Of a stretch of DNA of 64,000 bases, positions 12,836-25,500 are shown piece after piece. The DNA is from Sphaerodactylus townsendi (lineage: Eukaryota). A program made the translations under genes and the position numbers. The notes under the pieces were generated by a model. That model did not search any database, was not told the origin of the DNA, and saw only the letters and a list, made by a program, of their open reading frames with translations. Numbering within the stretch: the stretch's first letter is position 1; the number at the start of each line of letters is the position of its first letter. The stretch is from assembly GCF_021028975.2 (NCBI RefSeq), contig NC_059437.1, positions 35,402,001-35,466,000 of the forward strand, in the 5' to 3' direction.

Positions 12836-15800
12836 TGAGGTTTAAGAACAGGTGAGTGTGTTTAGGAGGTGTGGTTGTTGATGAAGTTATGTTTTGTAAG
12901 CTGAGTGCACGAGAGAAATTGTGTTGGATCATCAGACTAAAGTTGCTCTGTATAGTCTGTCAAGCAGTGTTTTCCCCACATTTGACTGGCAGAAGCGAAT
13001 GAAGGGGCTGCTGTATAGCTTGTTCTTGGTAGTTGCTATTTGGAGGTAGTCCGTCTCTGTTCGTGGAAAGCCCATTTAAAGAGACCCGTAATCTTATGAA
13101 AAGGATGTTTTTAATTGAAAGGATCTAACCATTTACCCAAAACCTTTGTTGGTTATATTTTGGCCTACTTGCCACTGATTTATGGGGCAACAAGTGTTCA
13201 ATCCTCATTTTATGCTTTCCCCCACCCCTGTGTGGTAGGTGAGGCAAAGCATGATTGCCATGAGGTTATCTTTTGCATTTTTCATTGTAAGTTTTACGAT
13301 TATTATGTTACACTGGCCACCTCTTCTGTTTCTTTTTATAAGTTATTTGTGCTAGTTACTGTCATCACATCTTCTCATAATGGGTTTCATTTTATGTTAT
13401 GAAGTACTACCACCTTTTGTAAGTACTGAACTTGTTTTTCTCCTTAGGTTTTTTTTAAAGGGGAAAGAAGAAATGATGATTTATGCATTTACCAAACAGT
13501 GCTCACCTATCTATTCATCCAAATGTCAGTGTATTTTTTGTTCTCTTTTTCCCCAAAGGCAAGAGTTTTTTTGGACTAGTCTGATAATGTTTAAACTTAA
13601 GGTGGGGCTTGCTTCTAATTCAGTATCCATTGTAAGGTGTTTTTGTCAAACATGGTGCAGAATTAGATCACAGATTTCAGTTGCAGCATAAACCAGCCTG
13701 AGATAGAAAAAGAAGAGTTTAGGTTTATACTCCCCTCTTCTCTGCTATAAGGAGACTCAAAATCCCTTCCTCTCCCCACAACAGACACCTTGTGAGGTAA
13801 GTGGGGCTGGGAGAGTTTTGAAGAACTGTGACTAGCCAAGGTCACCCAGCAGGAATGTAGGAGTGGGGAAACAAATTTGGTTCACCAGTTAAGACACTGC
13901 TGCTCATGCAGACCAGTGGGGAATCACCTGTTCTTAACCACTATGCCATGCTGGCTCTCAAAATAGGTTTGTAAATGTAGGTTTGTGATTTAGATGTGTT
14001 TCATCCCTCAACAGGAAGTAATGTTCCATAGTTCCTCTTCCAGGTATTTCACACCTTCCTTCTTACCCTCTAGCTGTTGGTCTGACATGCTGCCTTCTTT
14101 CTGCTTCTACAGATACTTCCTCTGTGAGATTATCTCTGAAGACTCACGGTTTCAGCAATGCATTGATGAACGAGCTGTGCACAATACAGTAAAAAATGTT
14201 GTTGCAAGAATGCATGGAGACTTTGGACTGGCATGCTGTTCCATTGCTTTTTCAGGTCTGGTTTCGGATAATTTGAAGTCGGGATCCGTGTCTATGATTC
14301 CCATCTTTAAGGAAATCTATCCTTGCCTTTCCCTAAATCTCTTTACAGGCCTATGCCAACCCCTCTCTTTTGGATAATATTTGAGATTTAAATATAGATG
14401 GGCAGTAATAACTTGCTCAGATGGCATTGCACTCACTGGCAAATCCAAGAGGAATAGCAGCAGTCAGGTTGCACCAGTGGGCAGGAGAAGACAAAAGAAG
14501 CAATGTTGAGAATGTATTTAGCTCTTCTAGATCACTATGCATTCCACAATTTGCTTTGTCAGGGGATCTTCTATAGAAATTTATCAGTTTCCACCTTAAA
14601 ACATGCAGGGATCTAGAAGAGCTAAATAAAGTCTAAACTTTGCTCCTTATTTGTCTTCTCAAGGCCAAGAGAGGCCTGCCTTGGCTCTGGCATGCATCTG
14701 AGGAATTGGTTTCACCAAGAGGTAAGACATGTGCTCTGCTACTTTTCACCCATGACACTTAAATTTGGCTGAGCTATTTGTCCCATCTTGTGCTGATGCA
14801 ATAGCCATTGCCCATGCAGTAACCACAGGGTTTGGCAACATTTTTTTTTATTTGGAGGAGGTCCTGAACTGAAAGCAGTCCACCAGCCTTCCTTGCCCAA
14901 AGCCTAAGCTTCTGAGACACCATTCCTCTGGTAGAAACAGGTACGTGTTTATCAAGGTAACTAAAGTAGTGCAGACAAGTTGCTGATGTGAGCTATGTTA
15001 GCGATAAGTCATACTGGTCAGTTGCGGTCTCTAAATCATAATTCAACAAGTCTAGTCCATTTACTGAACTGGCAGCTGATATTTTATTTTCCCCAAGGTG
15101 GTTTTGTTTTGTTTTTCCTTGCAGACAAGCATTTTTTATATATTGGCTGGAAGATACAATGGAATAATCTTCAATTCTGAGCCTGTTAAAGATTCGTTGT
15201 AAGGGGATTGTTCTGTTTTATATATTTCCCCAAACGTACCCTGAAAACATGAAGCTGTCTTGTATAGTCTGGTCACTGGTTTTTCAAGGTCAATAGTCTA
15301 CTCTGACTGTAAGGACTATATAGACGCACACACAGCTGACCTATGGAGCATCATTCTCTTCTGTCTCTTTTCTGCAGTGAAGTATCTCAATGCCTACACG
15401 GGGATAGTACTTTTGTGTTGCCGGAAAGACTTTCATCGACTTCTTTGGTCATCTCTACCTTTTATAACATACTTGGAGAGCAGGAACCAACGATACCCAT
15501 GTTCCTTTAACACACTGCATGTTGGAGGTGAGCTCTCTTGCTTGGGTCTTTCCTTTCCAACAGTATACTTGGTTAAGTATGTGCACTGAAGTCTCCTGCC
15601 TTGGATAGACTGATTTTTTTGTTTAGTGTCAGCACAGCACAGGAAATGGTTAATGCCTCCAAGTTTGTGGGCAAGACCTATTTGAGACAAGACCCTTCCA
15701 GTTCTTGTTCTGCTTTTGACTACACAGTGAGCAGACATTTCTGCAAGAATCAGAAAGGTTATCTGTAACATCTAAGAGTATTTCATCTCTGACATGGTTA

Positions 15801-17250
15801 CATTGGTTGTTTTTTATTTTAGAGCTGTCCTGGCACTAAACAGAAAGTACTTACTTCACAGCAAGTCCAACACCATTTTCCTTGGTAGTATCTTGCCAGA
15901 AATGAGGAATGTTTTATGAAGGCTTGTAGTATATCCCCTACATGTACTTTTTGTGTCATTCTTCCCCATGATTTTGCCCTTAAGTTCTGTTTTACTGCTC
16001 AATTATTAATTACTACTACCAGGAAAAATACTGGTTTTAAGATTCAGTTGCCCCCCTCACCTGTGGAATTGTTCACTTTTTTCTCCTCCAGCTACAATAA
16101 GAAGATGTCAGAAATTCCTAATTCACTACAACAGGAAACAGCTACTGGTGTTGCTGCGGAACTGCACCAGTGAAGGTAACCAGCTGTGCAAACCAGGCCA
16201 AGTTTAAATGTGGCCTCCCTGGAAGAAAATACACTCTATTGGAATAGCAGTCAGAGAGCAACACAGAAGGAGAATCTCAGCACCCAAGTTAGCAAGTTCT
16301 TGGGTTGAATATAGGAATGTCTTCTTCCAAAATGCATGTTCACTCCCTTTAAACTTCCCTAAATCTATGCCTTCTATGCAGCCTGTCAAGTAAATTTTTT
16401 TCTTCTAGGCTTGTTGGCTTTGAGTGTTGCTGCCAGGTAGAAGAAGAGTTTGAATTTATACCCCACCTTTCTCTCCTTTAATGAGACTCGAAGGGGCTTA
16501 CAAACTCCCTTCATCAACCAACACACTTTGTGAAGTAGATGGGGCTGAGAGTTCTGAAGAACTGTGACTAGCCAAGGTCACCCAGCAGGAATGTGTAGGA
16601 GTGGGGAATCAAACAGATAAAACCCTGCGCTCATGTGGAGGAGTGGGGAATCAATCCTGGTTCTCCGGATGAGAGTCCACAGATAAAACAGTTTCTTGTT
16701 TCAGAGAGTACAGAAAACCCACATATTATAGTTCTGAGTGCAGAATTCAGCTTCCTGGGGGTTTTATAAAGCAGGATTCTAACCCTTATGGACATCAATG
16801 TGCTTCAGACTGTATGGCCAAGGGATGTTGGAAATTCAAAGGACTTCATGTGAATCCTTTGACCAAAAAAGGGCTTCAATTTGAATGAACAGAAATAAAA
16901 GCTGCTTTCAAACTGCACTCTGGAAATCCTGGAGTTTTCTTGAAATTTGGTATTAGCTGTTCAAAGACAAATCAGTAATACTGGACAGTGATGATGGAAC
17001 AACAGGCAAAATATGAGGCTGTGGAACCTTAGCCAGAGGAACAACAGGCAAAATGTGAGACTGTAGTACCTTAGCCAGAGAGCTCCTGTGTAATTCAAGC
17101 ATGGGCCTTAGGACCATTTGTGGACTGATATTCTCCATTTTTGTTGCAGCAGACAGACAGGCTATCCAGAAGTCAGTGGCGAGCTGTACGTTTGTGGAAG
17201 AGGAACACTTTCAGGATGAAGAAAGTGATGACAGCGCGCAGATGGCGTGA
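12832..17250 (+). CDS. POP5: Ribonuclease P/MRP protein subunit POP5, 5 coding exons: join(12832-12851,14113-14255,15378-15527,16092-16175,17150-17250), 165 aa
   Basis: Spliced translation MVRFKNRYFLCEIISED...VKYLNAYTGIVLLCCRKDF...NTLHVGATIRRCQKFLIHYNRKQLL...DRQAIQKSV matches the known vertebrate POP5 protein; all introns GT-AG with consistent phases; total 498 nt ending in TGA. Confidence 0.96.
13706..13959 (-). mobile_element. tRNA-derived SINE (Squam3-like) in POP5 intron 1
   Basis: Reverse complement of the 5225-5480/53636-53930 family, with an (AAG)n tail remnant. Confidence 0.75.
16439..16680 (-). mobile_element. tRNA-derived SINE (Squam3-like) in POP5 intron 4
   Basis: Shares GAAGAACTGTGACTAGCCAAGGTCACCCAGCAGGAATGT with the 13.7 kb copy. 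Confidence 0.75.
16997..17080. repeat. 42-bp tandem duplication in POP5 intron 4
   Basis: GAACAACAGGCAAAAT(A/G)TGAG(G/A)CTGT..ACCTTAGCCAGAG x2. Confidence 0.9.
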
Positions 17251-18942
17251 AATGACTTGGGTTCTTTTAAAGCACACACCTGGACTCAGTAGATCACACT
17301 GTCTCCTTCCACTCCACTCCCTTTTTAAATTAAAGGATTTATGAACAAATGACAACCCAGTTTATAGCGTACCTGTCCTAAAAGGAGGGGGGGATGTAAG
17401 TATCTTAACCAGCATCTTTTTAAAATCATGCCACAGCGTATACCCCATTCTGTTTTCTTCTCAGAGCAGCAGTTCCATAATCAGCGTTAAGTTGTTTCAA
17501 AAGCACTTGATGAGCAACACGATCCTTGCAATCATGAAAGAGAAGGGAAATTACACTGCCTGTAATGTAGTTCTTTTCATCATCTCCATTTAGCTCAAAT
17601 TAACTGAAAAAGCATTTCACCATTACTAAAAGAGGCTTGGAGTCTCCTGGGAAAAATATTCTGTCTCTAAGAGGAAGTCAGAATGAAATGTGACTTAACT
17701 GGATATGGGCAATCATCTTTGAGGCCTTGTGGAGGCACAGAGGACTACTTTTGCTGACTGGCGGACGGAACTGACAAGGCCCCTGAGGACAAATCACACA
17801 AGGTCAAGTTAGAACCGAAAGGGCTTGCCTGTAATAATAGCTTGGGGAAGGGGATACTCTTGGTAGCTTAAAAGTTGCTGCAAAGTTCAGCTAAATACTG
17901 ATCCAGTGGAGTATGAACTGATATTACTGTTGAATAATACTGTTGAATAAATAATGAGAGAATTGGTCTGATGCTTTTAAATGGTAGAAGGTGATACAAT
18001 TCCTATAGCCTTAATTGCTACACAGTTGAGTCTTCCTACATTACTTTTCTCCCATTATTTGGTTGCCTGCATGTAAATGACATTTTTAGATTTAACTGAT
18101 CAGTAGTTAGGAATAACTCAGTGTTTTGTCTATGAAAATAAAGGCAATGAAGAATTCTGGAGAATTTGAAAACTTGCCTGTTGTGTGTTTTCTTTTTTAG
18201 AACTGAAGTATTATATGGCTTGTTTTTAACGTGTACTATGCTTTCAGCAAAAGTGAAGCTTAAGGCAGCTAGTAACACAGGATCAGGTCCTTCTACAGGA
18301 TTCAATCTACCAAATGCATTAAGTGGGAAGGGAAAAGGAAAGGCAATCTCTACTTTTCTGCCATGGGTATGCTTTTGGATGGAAAATTAACTGTGATGAC
18401 AGAAGAGCAAACCACTCACAGAGTAAGCACTTACATTGGTACTATGAGACAAATGCAAGAGAGTACAGATAGGGCATCAAATTCACACCACACATCAATA
18501 GCCCTGTGTTCATACGTTTATTGAAACTGTTTGCCTTTGCTGGTATGATACATGAAGCTCACTGTATTCAACACAGCTTTTAATAAGTTCCCAGTTAAGC
18601 CACAAGCAATGATCTTTTTTAAATGAAGGGAGAGAAGTATGGCTGAAATAACCAAGTCCAAACCCACACCATTATACCGAGGAGACCAGCATGTCCTTAG
18701 TCTTTGGACCTCAAGCGACAAAGATGTTTAACCACGCTACTACCTGTTCATACTCTGCTTCTTTCAGTCTTATGATAACACCACACACAGCTAGATCACC
18801 AGACTGAGTACAATGGCTCTCTGAGCCTATTATTGCTCTATTTAAGCCCTTCCCTCTAAAGTCAAGGACTGTAGAAGGTGTAATAGAACCAAATTATTTT
18901 GCCACCACCTGTTATTTTAAAATTAGAAATTTTAATCTACAT

Positions 18943-19082
18943 GGCCCCTTCCGCACATGCAGAATAATGCACTTTCACAATTGTTTGCAAGTGGATTTTG
19001 CTATTCTGTACAGTAAAATCCAGCTGCAAAGTGCATTGAAAGTGGATTGAAAGTACATTATTCTCCCTGTGTGGAAGGGGCC
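18943..19082. mobile_element. Palindromic MITE, PIF/Harbinger-like TIRs
   Basis: GGCCCCTTCCGCACATGCAGAATAATG ... CATTATTCTCCCTGTGTGGAAGGGGCC inverted ends; superfamily inferred from the GGCC-starting TIR. Confidence 0.7.
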
Positions 19083-19326
19083 TAAGTGTGCTCTAGAGGC
19101 ATTCGTTATTTCCAGGGAAGCAAGAGGACATGTTGCTCAGCCTTCTGTATCTACTACACTCCCATCTGTCCACACAGGCTTACCATTGGAATCCCTGCCT
19201 CTAGTGTAGCACACAACTGCACCATGCTGGCAGCACAGTTTTTCCCCCACAGACCACCCGCAAGTCAGGCTAAAATTAAGCTTGGCACAACCTGAAACAC
19301 TGACTGAAGGGTCTGAATTTTAATAC

Positions 19327-19413
19327 TTTATTTTGGTATCAACAAGTGAATTAATTGAACAGAAGCTTGCTTTTAATCCCCACCACAGCCCAGTTCCAGA
19401 AACAGACTTTATT
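19327..19413 (-). terminator. Candidate RNF10 polyadenylation signals (two AATAAA)
   Basis: TTTATT on the plus strand at 19408-19413 and 19327-19332, about 90-180 nt past the stop codon. Confidence 0.55.
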
Positions 19414-19504
19414 CAGCTGAAACGTAAAATATTCACCTATAGCAGCAAACAATAAAATAAAGAACACACGAAAGCAAATGAAAGAAACCTGTCCGTTACC
19501 AAGG

Positions 19505-22500
19505 TTATTTTGTATGAACCACTGAGGTGCTGAACAGCAGAGTTTGCTTCTGTTTCTTTTTCTTTCCTTTTTTCTCTTCTGCAAAGAGTAAAAAGTCAGC
19601 TGTAGACTCAGTTTTGACAAACAGCAACCCTCTTATGATGATTAAACACTAGATAATTGCCCTCAGGTAGCAACTTTACCCCTTTCAGTTGTTCAAGTAT
19701 GTCATTCCTGTAGCTACGGTACTTGACACAACCTAAACTTCAGCTTTAACCCACAAACTTCCCATTCCAATCCTTAAGACCCCAACCCCTGGTCAGATTA
19801 ATAGATATCACACACAGTCATATATCATGCCTCGCTATCGGAAAATAAGCTTGGCACTCAGGTTGTGTCAGAGTCAATCACTTACGTCTTAAGACTGCAG
19901 AGTGGGGCTCCTTACATGCAAACACCATTCCTATGGCAACACTTCCAATCCAGTGAAACTCAGACAATCATACTGCCAATCCATGCGGCCATTTCACTCT
20001 GCTGCCTTATGAATTAGTTAGCAGGATGAACTGCTACATCACCGAAAGACAATGCTATTGCACCTTCTCTTACCGAAGAAGTGGCTAGCAGTGGATGGCT
20101 TGTCCAGTTTTAGGAAAGCTGCTTCCATTGCCTGACTGAAGGAATTCTGGAAACTAGGCACAGGTATTCGGTCTGAATTATCACTCTCCCCATCACTGTC
20201 CCCTGCAGCAGGAGGTGCCAGGGTGGTATTCTCTTCTGAAAAAAAAAAAGATTGTTCAGTAAGGCCTCTAATAAATTCTTGTGGAATGGCATATGGGGGG
20301 GCGGGGGCGCAAGTGTTGCATAACTTCTCTATTAAGCCCCCGCTGCAACACAATTGCATAAATCGAAACTTTCCTACCTTTCTTCTTTGGGATAGTTTTC
20401 AGCCATGTTTCTGGTTTAGCTTTCCCAGCCCGCAACATCTACCATAAGTAAGAGACACAATCAGAATGAAGACTCAGATCAGTCATCTCTAACAGGAATT
20501 ACTTCCGTTTTTCCAGGCTTAACCCATTTCAGAGCACTCTGCTAGGCTCAGGGTCTGAATTCTTTAAGTCAGTCCTTTGTACAAGGTAATCAAGCATTTA
20601 ACTTGGTGTAACTGAAGATTCTGTACAGAGGTTATTACCTGGGCAAATGAGGGGAAGGGAGATTCTTCCTCTAGGCTCCCAACACACAGAGAGGGGCTGC
20701 TGAGGCTGGCTGTAGGTGACACTGGAGTCAAAGACTCTGTAAGGAGAGGAATTGCACATTGAATGCAAGAACTAAAAATGTCCTTAAAGGAAAATGATTG
20801 ACTAGAAAGCAGTAAATATTAGGCTCCCAATTCCATCATTTCAGCACTATCTATTCAACAGCACTTCTTTTCCAAGTCTCTTTAACTTATGTATTCTGTA
20901 TGACTGGACATAGTTGACACCCCATCTTGCTTCTCACAGTTGCCTAAGGAAGTTTGTGCAAGGCCAGGCACTTTTTTTAAACATCGCCTCTATGGCTTGC
21001 GCTAAAATGCAGGTACTTAAGCCATCACCGGCCAGCTAAGGACCTATCAAACGTTCAGAGAAGTGCAAGCATGAGTCATCAAGGCTTTTGGCTGCTCACC
21101 TGGTTGAGACACAGGGCTTCTACTGAGTAATGATGGCAGAGCACTGCTTTGGTTCTCGGTGCCACAGGGTTCTTCTGAGGAGCTGAAGGCAGGAAACTGC
21201 TGCAAGTTCTCCAAAGCGATCGAAACCTCTGGATCTAGATAGAAAGCCAAAAACTCTGTAACACATCCAAGCTTAGACAGGGTCTCCAATGCAGCTATTC
21301 AAGTCAGTTTCAGTTCTTTTTATCTCCTGTCTCTACTGCAAGTAATGCTACCAGGATGCCACCCATTTGAGTGGCTCCTTAACATTCCTACTGGTTAGGG
21401 GAGTTTGTCCCTGGAGTCTCTTCTGTAACTTTTCCCACTGCTTCTGCATATCTATTCACCTATTTCAAATCACATTCAAGTATAATCACAAAACCTCAAG
21501 GTAGAGGACAGAGAATTTTCTCCTAGCAAGCCTTTTAAAATTTAGAGAAAATCAGCATGGCAAAGGGGATATAGTTTTTGACTAGACACCAACGCATGCA
21601 TCCACATTGCATCATGGAAGCTCACTGGGTGACTTTTGGACTGGTAATACTCTCTCAGCATAATCTGCTTCACAAGGCTGTTGTGAAAAAATCGAGGGGA
21701 GAAGTATGGTTGGTGTAAGATGTTTTACATACACATATACAAAGGCAGTGGGGTATAAATACAATACATAGTCCCTTTGTCTTCAGTATGATACAAGTCA
21801 TTTCAAAGGAGTGCCACTTACATCTGTCCTGCTTCTTGTTTTCTTCCAACTCAATCCTACGTTCCCGACGCCGCTCATCTCGAGCTTTCTTCTGTCTCAA
21901 GCGCTTTCTTTTTTCAATGTCATCTAGGAAGCATTGAGAAAAGATCTGATATGACACAGGCTGCCAGGCATCCTTTCCCTCAACCTCCTAGTTTGGTAAT
22001 AGCAAATTGTATCTTCAGCCACCCTCCTTTGGACATCTTGAGTGTGTTAGGATGCTGGAGTAGATGTTCTTTACGAATGGGGTTCTAACTTACAGGTTCT
22101 ATTTTCTAGCACAGGATTTCGTTTCCACATATGTTTAGTGTTCCCTGGTTTCCAACCCACTTTTATTAATCCCTCAACACAAAACAAACTCTTCTATTTC
22201 AGCTAGTGGAGAGGCAGCATCCCTTCCAACTTTCTTACAAGAAACTGAAATAGTGCTCACCTGCAAACATCAGCAAAGTTTCCTGTGAAATCACGGGAGG
22301 CTTCAAAGCCAGTTCACAAATACTGAACTCACAGGTGAGTGGTAAGTGACACAGATAACGATGGCGCTGCCGAACATCCTAGTAACAATATACAGGTTCA
22401 TGTGTCAAGCACAAATCATAAAACAAAAAAACACAATGAATCAAACAGGGAATAAAGACTTGCAAAATTTAATACAGAAATTGCACACCCTCACACTATG

Positions 22501-25500
22501 GATGTTGCAAAAATAATAATCTCATGTGCAGCGGTAGCGCTAGAGAACTGCCCAAGAGCAGTTTAGTCTCATGGAGTTTCTCAAGCACTGAATAATGCTA
22601 ACAAATTCTCCAGAAATAAGGCAAGAATTAAGATTTACAAGAAAACTGATGAAAGGGTTAAAAACACAAAACAAGAATTATTTGTGACCAGCGTTCTCAT
22701 TCACCAGTCTTTTCAACTGGGCACTATACTTTACTGAGCATTGATACTGTTTGACATGGACTCAGAACTTAGCATATCATGTCATTTTGTATTTTGTTGT
22801 CTCCAGCCATTGAGAATAGTTGGTGCTGCCAAACATCCTGTCAGGGGAGGAGGAAAGAGCATTCATACATTACAGTACCTATCCTCTTCCTTAAGTTGTC
22901 AACTGGTCAGGAGAGTATAAACAATGTACTTCATGGAACCTCAACCACCAGTTCTCTCTCTATTCCTTGTGCTAAATGGAATTCCAGACATTAAAATTTC
23001 CAACAGACAAAAACCTAGCTTAAATATACTGAAACACAGCAAGCTGCTGGAAAATGTTCTAGCTAGCTTTGAACACTCATCTTCTCACAAGGTTAGGCCT
23101 AGCTTCCCTAGGCAGTCTTAAACAGGATGATGCCACCATGGCCTTACTGACCACAAATAGGAGAGTAATTACCTCTGTCATGGAGTAGCCGGATATCTCA
23201 ACCACAGTGGCAGTGATCTTCTCTGGACTCTTCTCTAGGCTGCCATACTCATGCACAAGGCAGCGAACATTCACTGGGTGAAGGTATAGGCACTGGCCAT
23301 CCTCTGCTACAGTGTGCAAAGAAATCATAGGATGGTTATTGAAATAATTGGAGACTGACATTAATGAAATAACGGGAATTACTGAAATAATGGGAAATTA
23401 TTAAAATATTGAGAGATTACTGAAATAACAAGAAATTAGTGAAATAAAGGGAAATTGAGAATATCCCCCAGGTTTTAGTTTGGAGGAAATGCTCTTCAGT
23501 CTACCACTCTGTAAAGTATAATGCTTTCCAGTTCAGTTAAGTTAGGAGGCTTCAAACAGAAAGCTAAACTACAGGTCCATGGCCCCAAATCTTCAGCAGT
23601 TCCATGCTTGTGTACATTTGAAACATTACTGAACAACCTGCTTCATCCCCCCATTGCACAAATCCTTTACTACAAAGCCACATTCTCATGTCTACCCAGT
23701 ACAGAAAAAGCATATTTCCCTTCAGACATCACAGCACTGAAATTTCACCCATTTTCTTCAAGTCTGCAGCCTGCAATTTACCTTTGGGATCCATCCTTTT
23801 GTGTGTACAAGCAAGGTCAGAATGCAACCTGAAACTCCCATTCAACTCCTCTAAGTCCCTTTGACGTACATATATACAGGTCCCTGCGAGGCTTCTGGTA
23901 ATTTTTTGCTTTATTGCTAGGTGTGCCTGCTCTTCAGCATGAGGGACAGGAGCATCCTTTAGAAGAGCTGCTTGAGGTTACACTATGTTACCCAAGTATC
24001 ATTACCAACAGCACCCCCCCCCCCAAATTACTAAATGAGAACCCATCACCCCCCAGGATGAAGTTGGTTTTTAATGGTGAAACCACCTCTGTGGATCACT
24101 TTCTGAGAATCCTTTAAGTACTGAACTAACCTTGGTAGAAATAGTAGCATGGAGAACTACTTGGGTGCCTGCTGCTGAATGCTGAAGGCAGCAGTGATTC
24201 CTCACAGGCAGCTTCAGACAGACTAGCCTCACCCAGTTGATGTGGGCCTGCTGTGTCCACAGAATCTTCAACAGCATCCACCACAGCCTCCTCCTTAGTC
24301 TGAGCGAGGGGTAGGACAGCACTGGCAGAATCCTCAGAAGGAGGTTCCAGGATCTCTTCATCAAAAGCAGAAAGATACTCTACGGCACACTGTTAAAGCA
24401 GAAAGAAGTTATAACATTCCTCTTCCTCCACCCACTCAAACAAGCCATAGAATCCATATTTCTTCATGTATTTAAACAAGCCATAAAAATCAGCTGCTAT
24501 CACAATAGTGCTGTCACGTGTCAAAGTGGTACCTCTGCCTAATAAGATTTTACTAGACCCTCCAGGAAGTGGCAAGTCCAGTTTACAAATCCTCCCATAA
24601 GCACTGGAGCCCCATTAGAAGTGCTCCCATAAGCACTGGAGCCCCATTAGCACCATTAGAAGTGTTTTAGAATCTGTGGGGAAGTGTTTCAACAACACTC
24701 AAGTTCTCACCTTCCTCTCTTGGGCTACTGTTTCTTCTCTGTCAGAGGAACCCATCAGGACTAATTCTTCCACTGCGGTAGTGGTCTCTGCAATATCATC
24801 ATCCCTATCTTGTCCAGAGACCAAGATGTCCTCTCGATCCTGTATCAGGATTAAGAAAAATGTTCAACCTTTAGTTGGGGTTATAAGACACAGTTTCTAT
24901 TAGCATTTGCTAGATGGCAAAAGGTGACTAATAGCCATGATCTGCCAGCTTGCAACCACTGCTAGCTGAAGTATTAACCATTTCACCTTTCCATCAACAT
25001 TCTGCGTTTTTCAAATGGCTACAAGTACCCAACACTGCATATGCTTAAGCACAACTGGGACTGTCCAAGCTTTATTATGCATCAAAAGCAAAGTAGGTCT
25101 TTGAAACCACTGAGCTTTGACTCAAAGTTTTATGAATGCAGGCAGAAGTTCCTGAAGAATTTCAAACTGGTTCACAGAACACTACACAAGTCTTAGGCTG
25201 ATTATGTGTTTGCTGCGTGGTGGGGGTGAACATCAATTGCAGAAATATTCCTGTTATGGGCGTACTGCTTCAACCCCCGCTTTCACTTTACATTCTCTCC
25301 AGGCAAGTGAGACCATTTCTAGCACGATTGTAATTTTGCTTCGCTGCCAGAGCAGGCAGATTTACCAGTAAGCACAGCTTTACCCCACCACAGCCAGCCT
25401 TCCCGCTCCCTTCCACTGCCATCCCCACCTTCTCCCTTGGCCCCCCCTTCCATGTTGCCAGCTCCTTCAAGTGAAAGAAAAGAAGCTCACTCACACAGGC

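Noticed and set aside
12789-12845. uORF overlapping the POP5 start
   Set aside because: The ATG lies upstream of the ETS core-promoter motif and probably 5' of the TSS
19880-20010. Cryptic exon in RNF10 intron 16 ending at GAC|GTAAGT
   Set aside because: Good donor but no convincing polypyrimidine tract or acceptor upstream
23340-23462. CRISPR-like repeat array
   Set aside because: Degenerate head-to-tail units with no unique spacers, inside a vertebrate intron
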